NCBI GenBank assembly: GCA_951406725.2
Contig: OX597816.1
Location: 158,348,001-158,412,000, forward strand
Reading direction: 5' to 3'
DNA: 64,000 bases
Source: Octopus vulgaris
Lineage: Eukaryota
Shown here: positions 49,201 to 63,599 of the stretch, one piece after another
Position numbering within the stretch: the stretch's first letter is position 1
Layout: the number at the start of each line of letters is the position of its first letter
The notes under the pieces: generated by a model
Databases searched by the model: none
What the model was told of the DNA's origin: nothing
What the model saw: only the letters and a program-made list of their open reading frames with translations
Made by a program: the position numbers and the translations under genes

Positions 49201-50607
49201 ACTGAATGACTGAATGACTGACTCACACACACACACAACTATGGACAACTGCTTCAAAACATCCAGTTTCTATATGCAGATTATAAATTCACATTTATCC
49301 CAACCATAATTGGTGTCCTTGGTTTTGCGAATAAATTCCTAAGAGACAATGTGGATAATCCAGGGTTTTCAGAAAATGAAATCAACTGACTCATGCATTA
49401 CATATACAAACTTTAAGTAGAACAGTGAAAATATGCAAGATTTTTCTCAAGCTTAAAATATGACATTATATAGTTAACTACATTCTTACAATGGGGCGTT
49501 GTATCTTTGCTACAAACTGGTTCCTTACTCAGAGGAAGAATTTAAATAATTAAAAACAGAAGAGAACATATATACACACATACATGGATACATATATCTT
49601 TATAATCACAATCATTATCACCATCATCATCTTCATTTAACATCTGTCTTCCATGCTAGCATGGGTTGGACGGTTTGACAGGGGTCTGGTAAGCCATGGG
49701 GGCTGCACCAGGCTCTAGTCTGATTTGGCAGTGTTTCTACAGCTGGATGAGTGTAGTGGGTGTTTCTTACGTGTCACCGACACAGGGGACAGAGCAGGCT
49801 GGCAAACAGCCACGATTGGTTGGTGCTTTTATGTGCCACCAACACGGACGTCAGTCAGGCAGTGCTGGCATCTGCCATGTTCAGATGGTGCTTTCATGAA
49901 TTTTATGTTTTTTTCCCTTGCTTGCATAAATCAAATGGTGTTTATAGGGTAGATTTTCTATGGTTGGACTGGACACTATTCCTGTTGCTAGCCCTCTCAC
50001 CTGTCCCCCAACTCAGAAGAAAATGGTAAGATTTCTTCGTGTCTGGAGGTGTTTACACAAAGGATACTATCTGAATGATGGTGGAAGTTGCTTACAGCTA
50101 TCACATGATATCAACAGAGGACAAGGAGACACAAACATTCACATACACACATGCATACATTAAGCATACATACAGGAGTGGCTGTCTGGTAAGAAGCTTG
50201 CTTACCAACCATATGGTTCCGGGTTCATTCCCACTGCGTGGCACCTTGGGCAAGTGACTTCTACTATAGTCTTGGGCTGAACAACGCCTTGTGAGTGGAT
50301 TCGGTAGACGGAAACTGAAAGAAGCCCATTGTATATATGTATATATATATGTGTGTCTGTGTTTGTCTCCCCAACATCGCTTGACAACTGATGGTAGTGT
50401 GTTTGCGTTCCCATAACTTAGCGGTTCGGCAAAAGAGACCAATAGAATAAGTACTAGGCTTACAAAGAATAAGTCCTGGGGTTGATTTGCTTGACATAAA
50501 GGCGGTGCTCCAGCATGGCCGCAGTCAAATGACTGAAATAAGTAAAGAGTAAAGAGTATACAAATACACACACATACACATGCATACACACACAGACTCA
50601 TGCACAC

Positions 50608-50665
<58 letters not shown>

Positions 50666-50675
50666 GTAGATAGGC

Positions 50676-50716
<41 letters not shown>

Positions 50717-50734
50717 CACATACATACATACAGG

Positions 50735-51200
50735 TACAAGGTACATTCCAGAACTTTTGAGATATTTATTAATTTATTAATTTCAAAGAAGTACAAAAGT
50801 CTAATCTCCTCCAAAGTAGGATTTTCTGACTTCAATGCACTTGTTGCAGTACTCCAGCCATTTGAGAAGGCCCAATGAAAGTCCCCTAAAGTAATAGTGT
50901 CCAGGCCCCTTGTCAGATTCTCCTTCACTTTCTCCATCAGCTTGGGAAACAATCAAAAGTCACCGGTCTGGACTGTAGGGAGGGTCACCTCTATTAAGTA
51001 GTTGGCTACCAGGATGGAATAGTAGACTGGCACAGGCACTCTAGTATTGTCCTGGTGCAGGCGGCACCGACCCAAGTGAAAGAGGTCTAGTCTTTTGCAA
51101 TGAAATCCTCAAAACCTTCACAAAATACTCGGAAGGAACCCAATAGATGTAGATGGTGCCTTTGCAATTGATATGATCTTCCAGATGAATTTGCCTCTTG
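50735..51200 (-). mobile_element. mariner remnant
   Basis: TA-CAAGG terminus; the minus strand reads LEYCNKCIEV...YF.GD* (mariner C-terminus). Confidence 0.55.
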
Positions 51201-51235
51201 TTCCCTATAGACATACCTGTGCCTATCCTTCCCTG

Positions 51236-51272
<37 letters not shown>

Positions 51273-53581
51273 TGTGTGTATGTATGTATGCATGTATGTT
51301 TGTGTGTGTAAAATACGTGCGTGTGTTTTTTGTCATAGAGTATGGTGGTGGAGAGAAAATATGATAAAGGACGTGGGGGAAGAAACAAAGAGACCTTAAA
51401 CAATGGAACTGTAGCAGTGGCATCAGCAAATAGTTAAAAAATATTGAGAATAATCTCTGTCGTAAGTTTATAAATTTTGATAATATAGAAATTTACTCAT
51501 CTGTATCCTGGTATTTTCTACCCTAATTACTTGAATTCTGTAAGAATTATGCAGTCATCTCAGAACTAGATATGGACGTTATTCTTAATGTCAGAAAGTC
51601 ACAGTTATTCTACTATAACTTCTTTTGGGTGAAGAAGCATGAAGACGAGGCTTTTAGTCTTCATTGTGTAGCATTAATGGCACTGAAATAGCAGATTTCG
51701 TTGGACTGATCTTGATCAAGAATTAATTACCAAGTCTTCACTTGAGACTGTATTGCGATGATAGGTTGGGTATAATCAAAAATCATAGAGGCTGTCAACT
51801 AATAGAATAAATATCTATTCTAACATTCTACTTCTCTTATCTGTTCCCCCCCCTCCCCAGCTTTCATACACTCCCCCCCTTTAAAACGATGTCGGGTTAT
51901 TGTTGATTCAGTTTAACACTGAGCAAGCAAATCTATGATCAAAGATTTTCCAGTTATGTCAGTAGTATCTTATTTATTTTTTATCAAACCCTAAATATAA
52001 GAAGACATCATCCACCATATCCTTCTATTTTTAAGACGGTGCCATGACGTTTGATGGAGGGGCTACGATTTTTCATTTTTCTATGTGCAATAGTGAAAAA
52101 TATTAAAAAAAATTTTCAATAGCCGATGCAAGGGGAATAACTCCATTTTAAAACATCATTGCTATATAATACAGTTCACAATTCTAAAAGACGGTTTGTT
52201 TGTTATTAAACAATAACCGCACAATTAATCGAATAATATACATATGGCATATGTAAAATTTTGGCTCAGGCATTGCTGTCTCTGAAATTCAAAATAATGA
52301 ATTTGGAAACGAAAACAGACTCTCCAAATCTGATTTTTATATTGAAAGATAGGAGTTCAACTTGTAACGTCAATGGAAAATGGCCAAATACGGCAAATTA
52401 TTTGTTTAGATAACACACTGCAATTATAACCTGTGTAAATTTTATTTTATTTCAACTAAACATTTAGGTTCCGTACTTTAGAGCAGACAAGAAATGAGAA
52501 GTTGTAACTTCAACAGAGCATTTGTAAGGGCAAATAAAATTAAATACTTTCAACTTGGAATCAAAATGGCATTCGGGCTTCAGGTCTGGAGAAGAAGATA
52601 TCTTATCAACTGGTATTTTCCATTGGATAATTTTACAATAGAAGATAATATAACAATGATATATAGGATTGCTGACTTCGTTTTTAAGCAAACATTTCAT
52701 AGCACGAAAGTTTATGTGGTGTTTATTTTATTCTATTTATTTTGTTTTATATTTGTTATTCATCCTTAGGTAAAGGTTCATGGCTATATTTTTTTTCTTT
52801 TAATCGTTGGACCTCACCTTACAAAGAGTTACTTTTGTCGAGCAAGCAGTTATCAGCTTTGCTTGAGATACCATCTTTAAATTATTTATGTTAAAGGAAG
52901 TTCCAGAGAAATATGCTGATAAAATAATAAAATAAATAATGGAAATAAGACCAAGATTTCTGAAGTTGTAAACATTTATAAAAAAAAGTTAAAGATAGGT
53001 ACAGGCATGGCTGTGTGGTAAGAAGCTTGCTTCCCAACCACATGGTTCCAGGTTCAGTCCCACTGCTTAGCACCTTGGGCAAGTAGCCTTGGGTTGACCA
53101 AAGCCTTGTAAGTGGATTTGGTTGACGGAAACTGAAAGAAACCCGTCGTAAGCATGATCTTTCTTGCACAACACCTTATTTTCCTGTCTCCTGACTTCTG
53201 TCTATGTTTGTTGCCATGAGGTTTCCACTTCACATGTCAGCTTAACTTAACTTGTTCTTTTAATTGAAAGACACCTGTTGTTATTCTTGCTATTTGTAAT
53301 TGTGTAACATTTTCTCTGTTTTCTTGTTTTTTTCTTTGTGTTGTCACACATATTCACTTGCTTTCTTCCAAAAATTTAATGTCCTTAGTTTAGATTTTTG
53401 GAGCCTACCAATTTTGAACAGTCTCAAGTGTAACAGGCCAAAACTGTAGAGATGATTGGAAGCTTGACTGTTGAATAGAAAGCCACAAATGTTCCGTCCT
53501 GGTTTTGCTGTCCGTCTTTGTATCGTCCATCTGTCCATATGTTTTTATTGTCGTCCATTACATTCTTGTTCTGTATTTTGG

Positions 53582-53618
<37 letters not shown>

Positions 53619-54319
53619 CATGTCTGTGTGTCTGTGCTTGTCCCCCCATTATTGCTTGACAACTGATGTTGGTGTGTTCACGTCCCTGTAACTAAGTGGT
53701 TTGGCAAAAGTGACCAATAGAATAAGTACATGGCTAATAAAGAATAAATTCTGGGGTCGATTCATTTGACTAAAGATGGTGCTCCAGCATGGCTGCAGTC
53801 AAATGACTGAAACTAATAACAGAAAAATATTGGTTTCAAATTTTGTCATAAAGACAGCAGTTTCGGGGAAGTGGCTACGTCAGTTACATTGACCCCAATG
53901 CTCAACTGGTACTTATTCTATCAACTCTGAAAGTATAAGAGGCAAAGTTGACCTTGGTGGTGTTTGAACTCAGAACATAAAGATGGACGAGCTGCTACTA
54001 AGCATTTTACCTAGTGGGCTAACGATTCTGCCAGCTTGCTGCCTTAACTGAAGACATCATATTCAGAGGCCAAAGGATGTGAAAATTCATTTGTTTGTTT
54101 TACATCTGTTATTTCCATACTACCATGGGTTAGAAGAATATATCACTAAGGTATTGTTTTACAGCTGGATGCCCTTCTTTATGCTAACACTTGCATGTTT
54201 TTAATAAGGGGTCTTTGAATGCCTCTGGAGATAGACATTGCCTGTCTATCTCCAGAAGCAATGCACCCACACTATAGGAATTTAAGATGGTAGCTGAGAG
54301 CAGCACACTTCACCTTTCC

Positions 54320-54696
54320 TGTAAATAAGCCAGTTGTAAATAGCAGTTGTACTTGAAGTCTTTTCTCTTTGCCTGCCGGAAGCCTGAACTACATAAAGAA
54401 CAAGAAAGATGATGGAAGGAAACAATATTCTTCCGATACTGTAAACCTTGCCTTCCATAGATACAAATCAATTATAGACAAGGATGATTTTCTAAAATTT
54501 TTTGCATTGCGCTGCCATAAATTACAATTGTATTAAATAAATGTAACCTGATTTTATTATTTTGTGCCATGAATTTTCTTGAAAACTGTAATCAAATTTT
54601 ATTAATACTGTACAGATTTTAGGGTTCTGTTCAGCACCCCCAACTATCAAGGTAGCAGCCCCTCTCCCTAGTTGCAATCGGCTGGCTATGTGCCTG
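54320..54696 (+). mobile_element. hAT transposon remnant (dimerisation domain + right end)
   Basis: Degraded PV...S.FS...LNYIKNK and LAFHRYKSIIDKDDFLKFFA..KLQL*; terminal CTGGCTATGTGCCTG. Confidence 0.5.
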
Positions 54697-55837
54697 CAAT
54701 GGGGATTCTTTTGTAGAAGGAAGCAGACAACAGCTCAACAAGAGGTTTATCAAGTATTTTAACCCATTCAATTTTAAAGAGGGGGAGTGGTAGAGGGAAG
54801 AGGGAGGGAGAGAGAAAGAAAGAGAGGAGAGAGGGAGGGAGAGAGAGGGGGAAGAGGGGGTGGTGGTAAAGGGAAGGAGGGAGGGAGAGAGAGAAAGAGA
54901 GAGGGAAAGAGAAAAAGAGGGAGAGAGAGAGAAAGAGAGAGCTTTGTAGTTTAATTACAAATGCTAGTTATACAGTGACTACATGTGTCTTTACTTAAGA
55001 TACATATGTAAGTTTATTTACAATTCTTAATTTACAAAAAGTCTCACCATCTGTTCAACTCGAGGTATTTCCTGTAACATAATGCAATAAAGTGGTTCCC
55101 TGACGATCCATTGTGGTTACAAACCCAATTGTACATGGATCATCTAATGCTGAAGTTTCAGATAACCACAATGGAAAAACATACATTAGTGAGAATAAAT
55201 GATATATGATATAATAGTAGTAACAATAATAATAATAATAACCACTCCTCTTTTGTCTAGCATTAATACCTCTCTTGAAATTGCTTGATGATGTACAATC
55301 ATCATCATCATTTAGCGTCCGTTTTCCATGCTAGCATGGGTTGGATGGTTCAACTGGGGTCTGTGAAGCCAGAAGGCTGCATCAGGCCCAGTCTGATCTG
55401 GCAGTGTTTCTACGGCTGGATGCCCTTCCTAACGCCAACCACTCCGTGAGTGTAGTGGGTGTTTTTTACATGCCACCTGCACAGGTGCCAGACGGAGCTG
55501 GCAAACGGCCACGAACGGATGGTGCTTTTACGTGCCACTGGCATGGAGGCCAGGCGAGGCTGGCAACGGCCACGAACGGGTGGTGCTTTTACGTGCCACC
55601 GGCACGGGGGCCAGGCAAGGCTGGCAACGGACACGAATGGATGGTGCTTTTACGTGCTACCGGCACGGAGGCCAGTCGGGGCGTCGCTGGCAACGGCCAC
55701 AATCAGATGGTTCGCTTACTTGTCACCGGCACTGGTATCACAGCCGCAATTTCCATTGATGTTGATCGACTTCGATTTTGGTTCTGCTTTCTGATATCTG
55801 ATTTGATTTACAATATGGCTATAAAATGTTTGATAAA

Positions 55838-57785
55838 AATATCTCTTTTACACGGATGATTTAAAGCTCTTTGCCAAAAAAATGGCCATCAAATACAGGG
55901 TTTACTAGAAATTGTTAAACAATTCAGTGATGACTGCAGGATGCAATTTGGCCTCGATATATATGCAAAAACTACCTCTTTTAAAGAAAAACTGACAGAA
56001 ACATCCATTGTTAATCTTGACCAGCAGAATGTCATAAAGGAGTTGGAACCAGTGGAGAGCTACAAATACCTAGGGGTATTTGAAGGTGATGGAATCAAAT
56101 ATTCAAGAGAATGTTATTACAGGGTAAGTGCAATACAGAGCTGAATGCAAGAAACAGGATTGATTGATCAATACTTCAGCCATACAGGTTGTGACTTACA
56201 GTTTAATATCATTAACTGGTCAATTACTGAAATATGAATCTTGACAGAAAAATATGAAAATTGTTGACAATGCATCACCCTAAGGCAGATATAGAATGAC
56301 TTTACCTGCCAAGAAAAGAGGGTGGACATGGACTTCTACAACTAGAACTAACAATGAAGATTGCCACAATTGACCTCAACACCTACCTGAAAAACTCTCT
56401 GATGACTGGATGTTAAAACTTGTCTCAAAGCATGAAAACAAGAAAGCATCATACTCAGTAACAAAACAGGCAAAGGAATATCTAAGTGAATTTCAAATAC
56501 AACAAATCCTGGAGTTAGATATACTGGAAACAAGCACAGATAAAGCTTAGTGTATGAAAACCCATGCTAAAACTGCTGCCTTAGATATTCTGACTGATAA
56601 ATGGTAAAAAAAAACAACCTCTCAGTGGCAAATACCCAAAGAGAGCTAATAATGCTGATGTTGACAAAGCCCTTACCTATCAATGGTTAGTGTCTTCTGG
56701 CTTAAAATCAGAAAGCTTTATCATAGCAGCCCAAGATCAGTGTCTACCTACATTGTCAAGATCAATGTCTACCTACCAGGTCAACATAAACAGTAGTAGC
56801 CCAACATGTGTATGTAAACAACAAAATGAAACCATTGATCATGTTGTCTCCATGTGCAGTCTTCTTGCGCCTACCGAGTATCTCAACAGGAAAGCAGCGA
56901 GCTGGCAGAAATGTTAGCATGCCGGGTGAAATGCTTAGCGATGTCGTCTGTCTTTATGTTCTGAGTTCAAATTTTGCTGAGGTCGACTTTGCCTTTCATC
57001 CTTTTGGGATTGATAAATTAAGTACCAGTTGCGTTAAGGGGTTGATCTAATCAAATGGGCCCCTCCCCCAAGATTTTGGGCCTTGTGCCTAGAGTAGAAA
57101 AGAGTATCTCAACAGGCATGATAGAGCAGCACAGTATATTCACTGGGTAATTTGCAAACACCTGGACCTGCCCCATGATAAAAATTGGTGGGAACACAAA
57201 CCACCTCAAGTGATTGAAAATGATCACATCTCACTCCTCTGGAACTTCACCATTCAAACTGACAGAAAGATAGATGCAAATAGGCCAGACATTATATTGA
57301 AAGACTTCAGACAAAAATCATGCGACCTCATTGATATAACTGAACCACTCGACATAAATGCATCTGTCAAGACCTACCAAAAACTGAGCAAGTATAAAGA
57401 TCTTGAAATCGAAATTTGTAAAATGTGGAATCTCAAGACTAAAACAATACCTGTTGTCATAGGTGCCATAGATATGATAGCAAAAGGGGCTGATTCCTAC
57501 CTAACTCAGGTACTAGAAAAACCCAAAATAGCAGAGATTCAAAAGACAGTGCTCATAGGAATTGCCCATATCCTACGTAAAATACTGTCAATGTAATCAC
57601 AAATTTTAAAGCAAACTTATAGAGAATGTTTTCTTAAACATTCTCTAGAACAATACTATGTGCAAAACCAAATGTATGACACTCTAGGCATAATACCAAC
57701 TTGAACTTTTAACTTGTTGTCTCTTGAGGTCTCTGGGTGAAACTTGGAGTCAACTTGTGCAAATACAAAGCAAGAGTCAAACATA
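55838..57785 (+). mobile_element. R4/Dong LINE 3' half (RT C-terminus, zinc knuckle, RLE, 3'UTR), interrupted by a SINE
   Basis: LFYTDDLKLF, YKYLGV, AAQDQ, NRPDIILKD, KLSKYKDL, IPVVIGA. The SINE at 56891-57101 has a 15-bp TSD GAGTATCTCAACAGG. Confidence 0.92.
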
Positions 57786-58879
57786 TGATGATGATGATGA
57801 TGATAATAATAATAATATGCCTCCTAACAGAGAGGGATACACACACACACACATACGCATAATCACATTGAGAAGCACAATGCTCACACATACATCAGAA
57901 CCTAACAGATTGCATAGTATGTGTGTGTGTGTATGTGTGTGTGTGTGTGTGTGTGCGTGCGCGTGTGTACTTGAAAAAGAAAAAAATCAAGGACTGAGGC
58001 AGACAATAAGTTCCAACTTTGTAATCTTGTATATTCTGGAGGGATTAATTCTCAAATAGAATTAATCATATCAGAGCCAAACAACTTTGCCATAATGACC
58101 TTGAAATGAAACTAAATACGAACAGACACTGTTTGGTACAATAAATTACTATATTCACTTGAAAATTATTGTTGTAGCTGAGTTCTTCTTCTTCTTCTCT
58201 CTCTCTCTCACGTTTCTGTTATTTTTTCTTTCCCTATCTACCTCTTCCTCTCTTCTCTTTCTCAAAAAGTTCACAAATTTTAAGTTCAAATCCATCACAA
58301 GATGTTTTGTTTTTTTGTTGGGTTTGTAGTCAGGCACCTTAACTTGTATGTCACTCATTTCACTTATGAATAAAGAACAACAGAAACACTTGATCTCCAA
58401 GGAATGGAGTAATGGTTCTGCCAATAAAGCAACATTCTATTCAAAAGAAGGATTTCTTGGTACTTTCCTTTATGTCATCAACCCTAACTAAAACTCATTT
58501 ACAAATATATAAAATTACGATGTATGTAAGACAAACATAATTTGCTTTTTTAGAAGCATTGAGATCATCATCATTATCATCATCGTTTTCCATGCTAGCA
58601 TGGGTTGGACGGTTCGACCAGGGTCTGGGAAGCCAGGAGGCTGCACCAGGCTCCAGTCTGATCTAGCAGTGTTTCTACAGCTGGATGCCCTTCCTAACGC
58701 CAACCACTCCTTGAGTGTAGTGGGTGCTTTTTACATACCACCGGCACAGGGGCCAGAGGAGGCTGGCAAACGGCTACGATCGGTTTTTGCTTTTACGTGT
58801 CACCAACACGGACACCAGTTAACAGTACTAGTATCTACAAATGCTATATTGCAGTTACTGGTTTCCATCAAAGTGAGAG

Positions 58880-59280
58880 AACCAACTGACTTAGTAAACA
58901 CCCACAAAATTATTAACCATCGTGCCAACAACCAACTTGAGCACCTTTTTGAGCTCCATATGTCTAACACATGTGGACATGCCTACAAAGTCAGAAAACA
59001 GCACAGCTCCCATGACTTTCAGAAACATTTTTTCACACTCAGAGTTGCTGAAGCATGGAACAAACTACCTGCATCAGTTGTTAGTTGCTGAGACATTGCA
59101 TCCTTTAAATCCTCCATGCTTCCTGAAATTTGCCAACACTACACCTGATATCCCCCACCTCGATACGCATGCACACATGTATATCATGACTCATACACTG
59201 TTCACTTTCCTGACTTTTGTATATAATTCTTTGATGAGTTATAGGGCACCTGAGTACTATACACAATAATTTCATTATTA
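58880..59280 (+). mobile_element. CR1-clade LINE 3' fragment
   Basis: NTCGHAYKV...KHFFTLRVAEAWNKLPASVV; (ATT)n tail. Confidence 0.85.
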
Positions 59281-61911
59281 CTATTGAGTAAGAGAGCATT
59301 GCATGCCATCAAAGTGACACTGGGCATAAAATATGTGAAGCCCAGTGTACCCATCATGACTACCTGTCTGATAAAGGTACACCATGTACAGCTATCACAA
59401 CCATATAAACAGTGCATGACCTTGCAGGAGGGGCCCAGTTAGAATTTTCTTCAGGTCCCATTCAAAAGGTTCCTGAATAAGGGTTATTTAAGGATGATGA
59501 ACAAAACACCCATGTTTCTGAAGGTGAATTATCCAAACCCCAAAGAATTCTTCTCAACACTACTTCTGCTCATGATCAGAGATGTACATATCGTCAGCCA
59601 CTAAGGGACATGCTCAACTGGTTAAGGTCAAACAACTGACAAGCAAATATATGGTATTAAGCAGAATATTTGCTGTAGCCCATCTTTTATACCAAGACAA
59701 AACAATGTACATGATAACACTTCCAATTGGTTAAGAGGAGAAGCCATGAAAGTCGCCTTCTTCTTCTTCTTATTATTATTATTATATCTTCTTGCTTGAC
59801 CAGATCATTGGATCATATCCAATCCAAACCTTTCAAAGTTGCCTCTACACCAGAAATTAGCAATTTTTTTGGTATCATTTCCCCTTCATAGAATCATAGA
59901 TAGCTTATTGATTCCCATCATGCAATTTTTAAAAATGAATTTAAAGAGTATAATTAATAAAATGTCTTGTTTTAAAAGCAATAATTCCTTTGTTCTTTTG
60001 TGTCATTCTCACATTTTTGATCACAAATATTAAAAAAAATCTAGCAGAAGTACTTAATGAAATTGATAAAGAATAAAAATTCAATCATACTATATGAATA
60101 TTATATGAATTGGAATATCTAATGAGAGACACGTGCTGGTAAATAGGAGTTATGGCATTGATATTTGGTTGAGAATTAGTGAATTTTAGCCTTAAATTAT
60201 TATGCTCCCTTAAAGCTCTGGTGTTTATCGATCTCTTGAATAGTTAATCCCTGTTGTACATGGATGCTTGAAATACTAGAAATAGCAAACAAATCTCCCT
60301 GAAATTCTATAGTTTTTTTTTTTATATTATAGAAAACGTCTAGTGGTTCTGTAAAAAGGCAGGATGATCATAACTGGAATGCTTTTGTTCATAGGTATGA
60401 TCGATTAGGGTTTGCATGGAGCTGAACAACAATAACAAGAATAAAAACTAATCCTCTGAACCAAGGTTTAACTTATCTTTAACTCTTGACCCCTATCGTA
60501 TCCTCCTTCCTCCCTTCTATTTATTTCATTGATTAAAATCAAAGAAGCCCGTCAAAATGTCCAAAACATAAAAAATAAACCCATAAGAAACTCATGTATC
60601 TCACCTTCAAATCAGACGGGCGTAATAGTTAAAACACTATTACACCCGTCTCATTTACAAATCCGTGTTGTGGGTGGAAGGGATTTTCTAATCCTAACTA
60701 CACCCACCATCAATATCTCTCAACTTAAAACAATCGATGCCAAGGTTTTTTTTTGACAAATGTGACGATATTTCCGTAGGTGCAGTCACAAGAGAGACTG
60801 AATAAACATCTAATTCAATGCTTAACAGTAAAAAAAATATGCTTGATTTACAATTACTTCAACAGGGGTAGCTTATCCTGTTCAGGTTATATTATTAGCA
60901 TTATCCTGCGTTTGAGAATTTAAAATCACTTCTTTAACTTTCTAATTACTTCAAAGTTTAGAAAATAACTATAATTGATATAGTTAGTTATTACCAATAA
61001 TTATAACTATAGGTAATATACTGGAATTGATATATAAAAGAGACGATAGAAAATAGTATCTATGAGAATGAAGTCAAACAGTAAAGACAGCATAAATTCT
61101 CCTAGGCAACTTTGTCTTGCATCTTCGCCAATTATATATTGTGTCGATCGATTCAACGAAATGAACCCTTAGAAATACCTAGTGAAAAGATGAATACTTA
61201 TTGATGATTTTTGTCGATGTACTAAACCCAATTGTTAACGACCTTTCTCAAGAGAAATCAATATTTTGAAATGCCATACCTTTATTTTTTTGTCACCGTC
61301 TGTTGTTAATGTTAAAGATTGTATTTCAAATTATTAACGAACGCTATGTACTCTAATATATTATTAAATATGTTTTAATGATTATCCGATAAAATCGATA
61401 CACAAATGTATTTCCAAAAATAAAGTAGGTAGGGACAAATTACTACGTTTAATAAAATTAAAATAGCTTTAAACCCCACAAAATTGCTCTAACATTGCTG
61501 GTGGTGGTGGTAGTTATAGGACAGACGTTGGTCCCCTTGTGGGTAGTAAAGAAATAGGTATATGTCAGTTAGGGAACAGCTGCATTGGATTGTCTGCTAA
61601 AAGTTATTTATAAACACACACCCACTCATACTACGGTCGAGTTTCCTAACACGATTCACAATTCATAATTGAGGTCAGCCGGGAAAATGTCAAAGGTGAG
61701 AGTCTCGTTTTCATACTTGACACCGGCTTCACGTGGAGTACGGTGATAGGTTGAAGGCAGCTGAGTTTTCTCAATAGTAAGTGTGTTCAGGTTTACAGTT
61801 GTAATCGTGTAGTTGTGGCTGGGAAACCTTCCCAAAATCTCATCGGACCCGCTTCGTTGCATTCCTGCAAACGTAAAAGCTGAAGAACAATAGGAACCTT
61901 ATAGAATTAAT

Positions 61912-62049
61912 ATGGCTCGAGGGCTGCATCGGTGGTTGGTAGCAGTTATTTCCCTATTTGGTTTTGTTAGTGTTGTCCTAAGTGACGAAGAAAGCACCCA
62001 GTTTGATGTCAAACCCGGAGGACAAGTTAACGATTATGTGAAAGAATGG
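61912..62049 (+). CDS. MYDGF: Myeloid-derived growth factor (C19orf10/UPF0556 family) orthologue, coding exon 1
   Basis: MARGLHRWLVAVISLFGFVSVVLSDEESTQFDVKPGGQVNDYVKEW|GTAAAT: signal peptide followed by the family motif FDV[RK]PGG; phase-0 donor. Later exons were not found in the window. Confidence 0.85.
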
Positions 62050-62239
62050 GTAAATAAATAAACACACTTCTATAATTTAACATCGATATTTTTTACTATA
62101 TTCGAAAGTCGATCGTTACTCTTAACACGTGTCATGTACATAAGTTTTGTTTTGATTATAAACCATCTGTTTTCATAGCGGTTGCTTTATCTTTAACACG
62201 CAGCACATACTTCAACAGCGAGATAACTGCTTTACTGTT

Positions 62240-62292
<53 letters not shown>

Positions 62293-62404
62293 AGAAATTA
62301 AATATAAAATATAAATTACAAAGTGGGACAAGAACGCAAAAACACACAAGGAGACGACACAAAAACACAGACGGGTCACTCGAAGCCTCTAATCTTCAGT
62401 CGGG

Positions 62405-62467
<63 letters not shown>

Positions 62468-63356
62468 GAGTTCGTGATCAAATTCCACCGAGGTCGACTT
62501 TGCCTACCATCCCTTCGGGGTCGATAAATTAAGTACCAGTTGCGTACTGAGGTTGATCTAATTGACTGGCCCCCCTCCCCAAAATCTTTTCGGGCCTTGT
62601 GCCTAGAGTAGAAAAAAACGAGTTCGTGATCTGTTGATCTACGCGGAAATGTTACATTGTTATTAACTAAAAATATCTTTCATGGTTAGATTTGGTTATT
62701 TCCGTAGCTGAAGATATCTACATTTCACTTCTATTACAGATATATGTAGCTATATATATATATTGGTTAAATCCTAATGTGATAATTTTCAGCTTGTTTT
62801 TTTTTTATTAGTTACTTATTTGTTTTGTTATAGACGACATCTCTTCCTTTTCCCAGCCAGCTGGTTGTGGCCTTACTGGGACACACTGAACCATATTTAT
62901 ATGCAGAAATATGAAAACCCAAATAGTTCTGGATGTTATTCAATGAAAAGGGCAAATCAGAAACCAAGTTGTGATAGTTCTAATATCCACATTTCATTAT
63001 ATTATCCTAATATCGATTTTTTTTTTTTTACTTTAATAAGCAATCTAACATTATTGATCTTCCCAATTTGTGTCAACGTGACCCAGCTGAGATCCTTACA
63101 TCAGATTTGCGATATATTAACGGGTATATCTTGAATTCCTAATCGTTTTCTCCCCTTTCTCCATTTCACATTTTTGTTCATAATATTTTCATTGCGTTTA
63201 TTTAATTTCATATATTTAATTCAGTGCATGTACCCAACAAAAACAAACTCCAAACCCCCCAGGCGGCGAATTCTCCGAGTTGTTAGATCGTTAGCCAGAA
63301 TGGTTTCGGGGTATTTCTTGTGACCCTCTGCACTTTGAGTTCAAATCCTACCGATT

Positions 63357-63403
<47 letters not shown>

Positions 63404-63543
63404 GTAATAATTATTCGGTTGCCATAATAAGACTCCAAGTTTCGGAGTCTTATCACAGCAACCGAATAATTGTCACTTATTATATTCATCTATTTACATA
63501 ATATAGAGGTCTCATTCATTCTTTTGTTGTCTTACCATTATTA

Positions 63544-63595
<52 letters not shown>

Positions 63596-63599
<4 letters not shown>

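Noticed and set aside
50101-50952. 283-aa ORF
   Set aside because: It reads through mariner, (TAGA)n microsatellite and SINE sequence.
52240-52770. Possible coding exons (TCNVNGKW; 91-aa ORF)
   Set aside because: No consistent splice-bounded open frame or recognisable domain.
55455-55740. CRISPR-like look of a constant 24-bp repeat with variable spacers
   Set aside because: The spacers are homologous to each other, the array is part of a dispersed RTE 3'UTR, the context is eukaryotic, and there are no cas genes.
58155-58424. 89-aa minus-strand ORF
   Set aside because: The charged part derives from (CT/CTT)n low-complexity sequence; no splice or homology support.
62370-62405. CTGAAGA core on the minus strand
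   Set aside because: No downstream GAAA or stem III; truncated repeat fragment.
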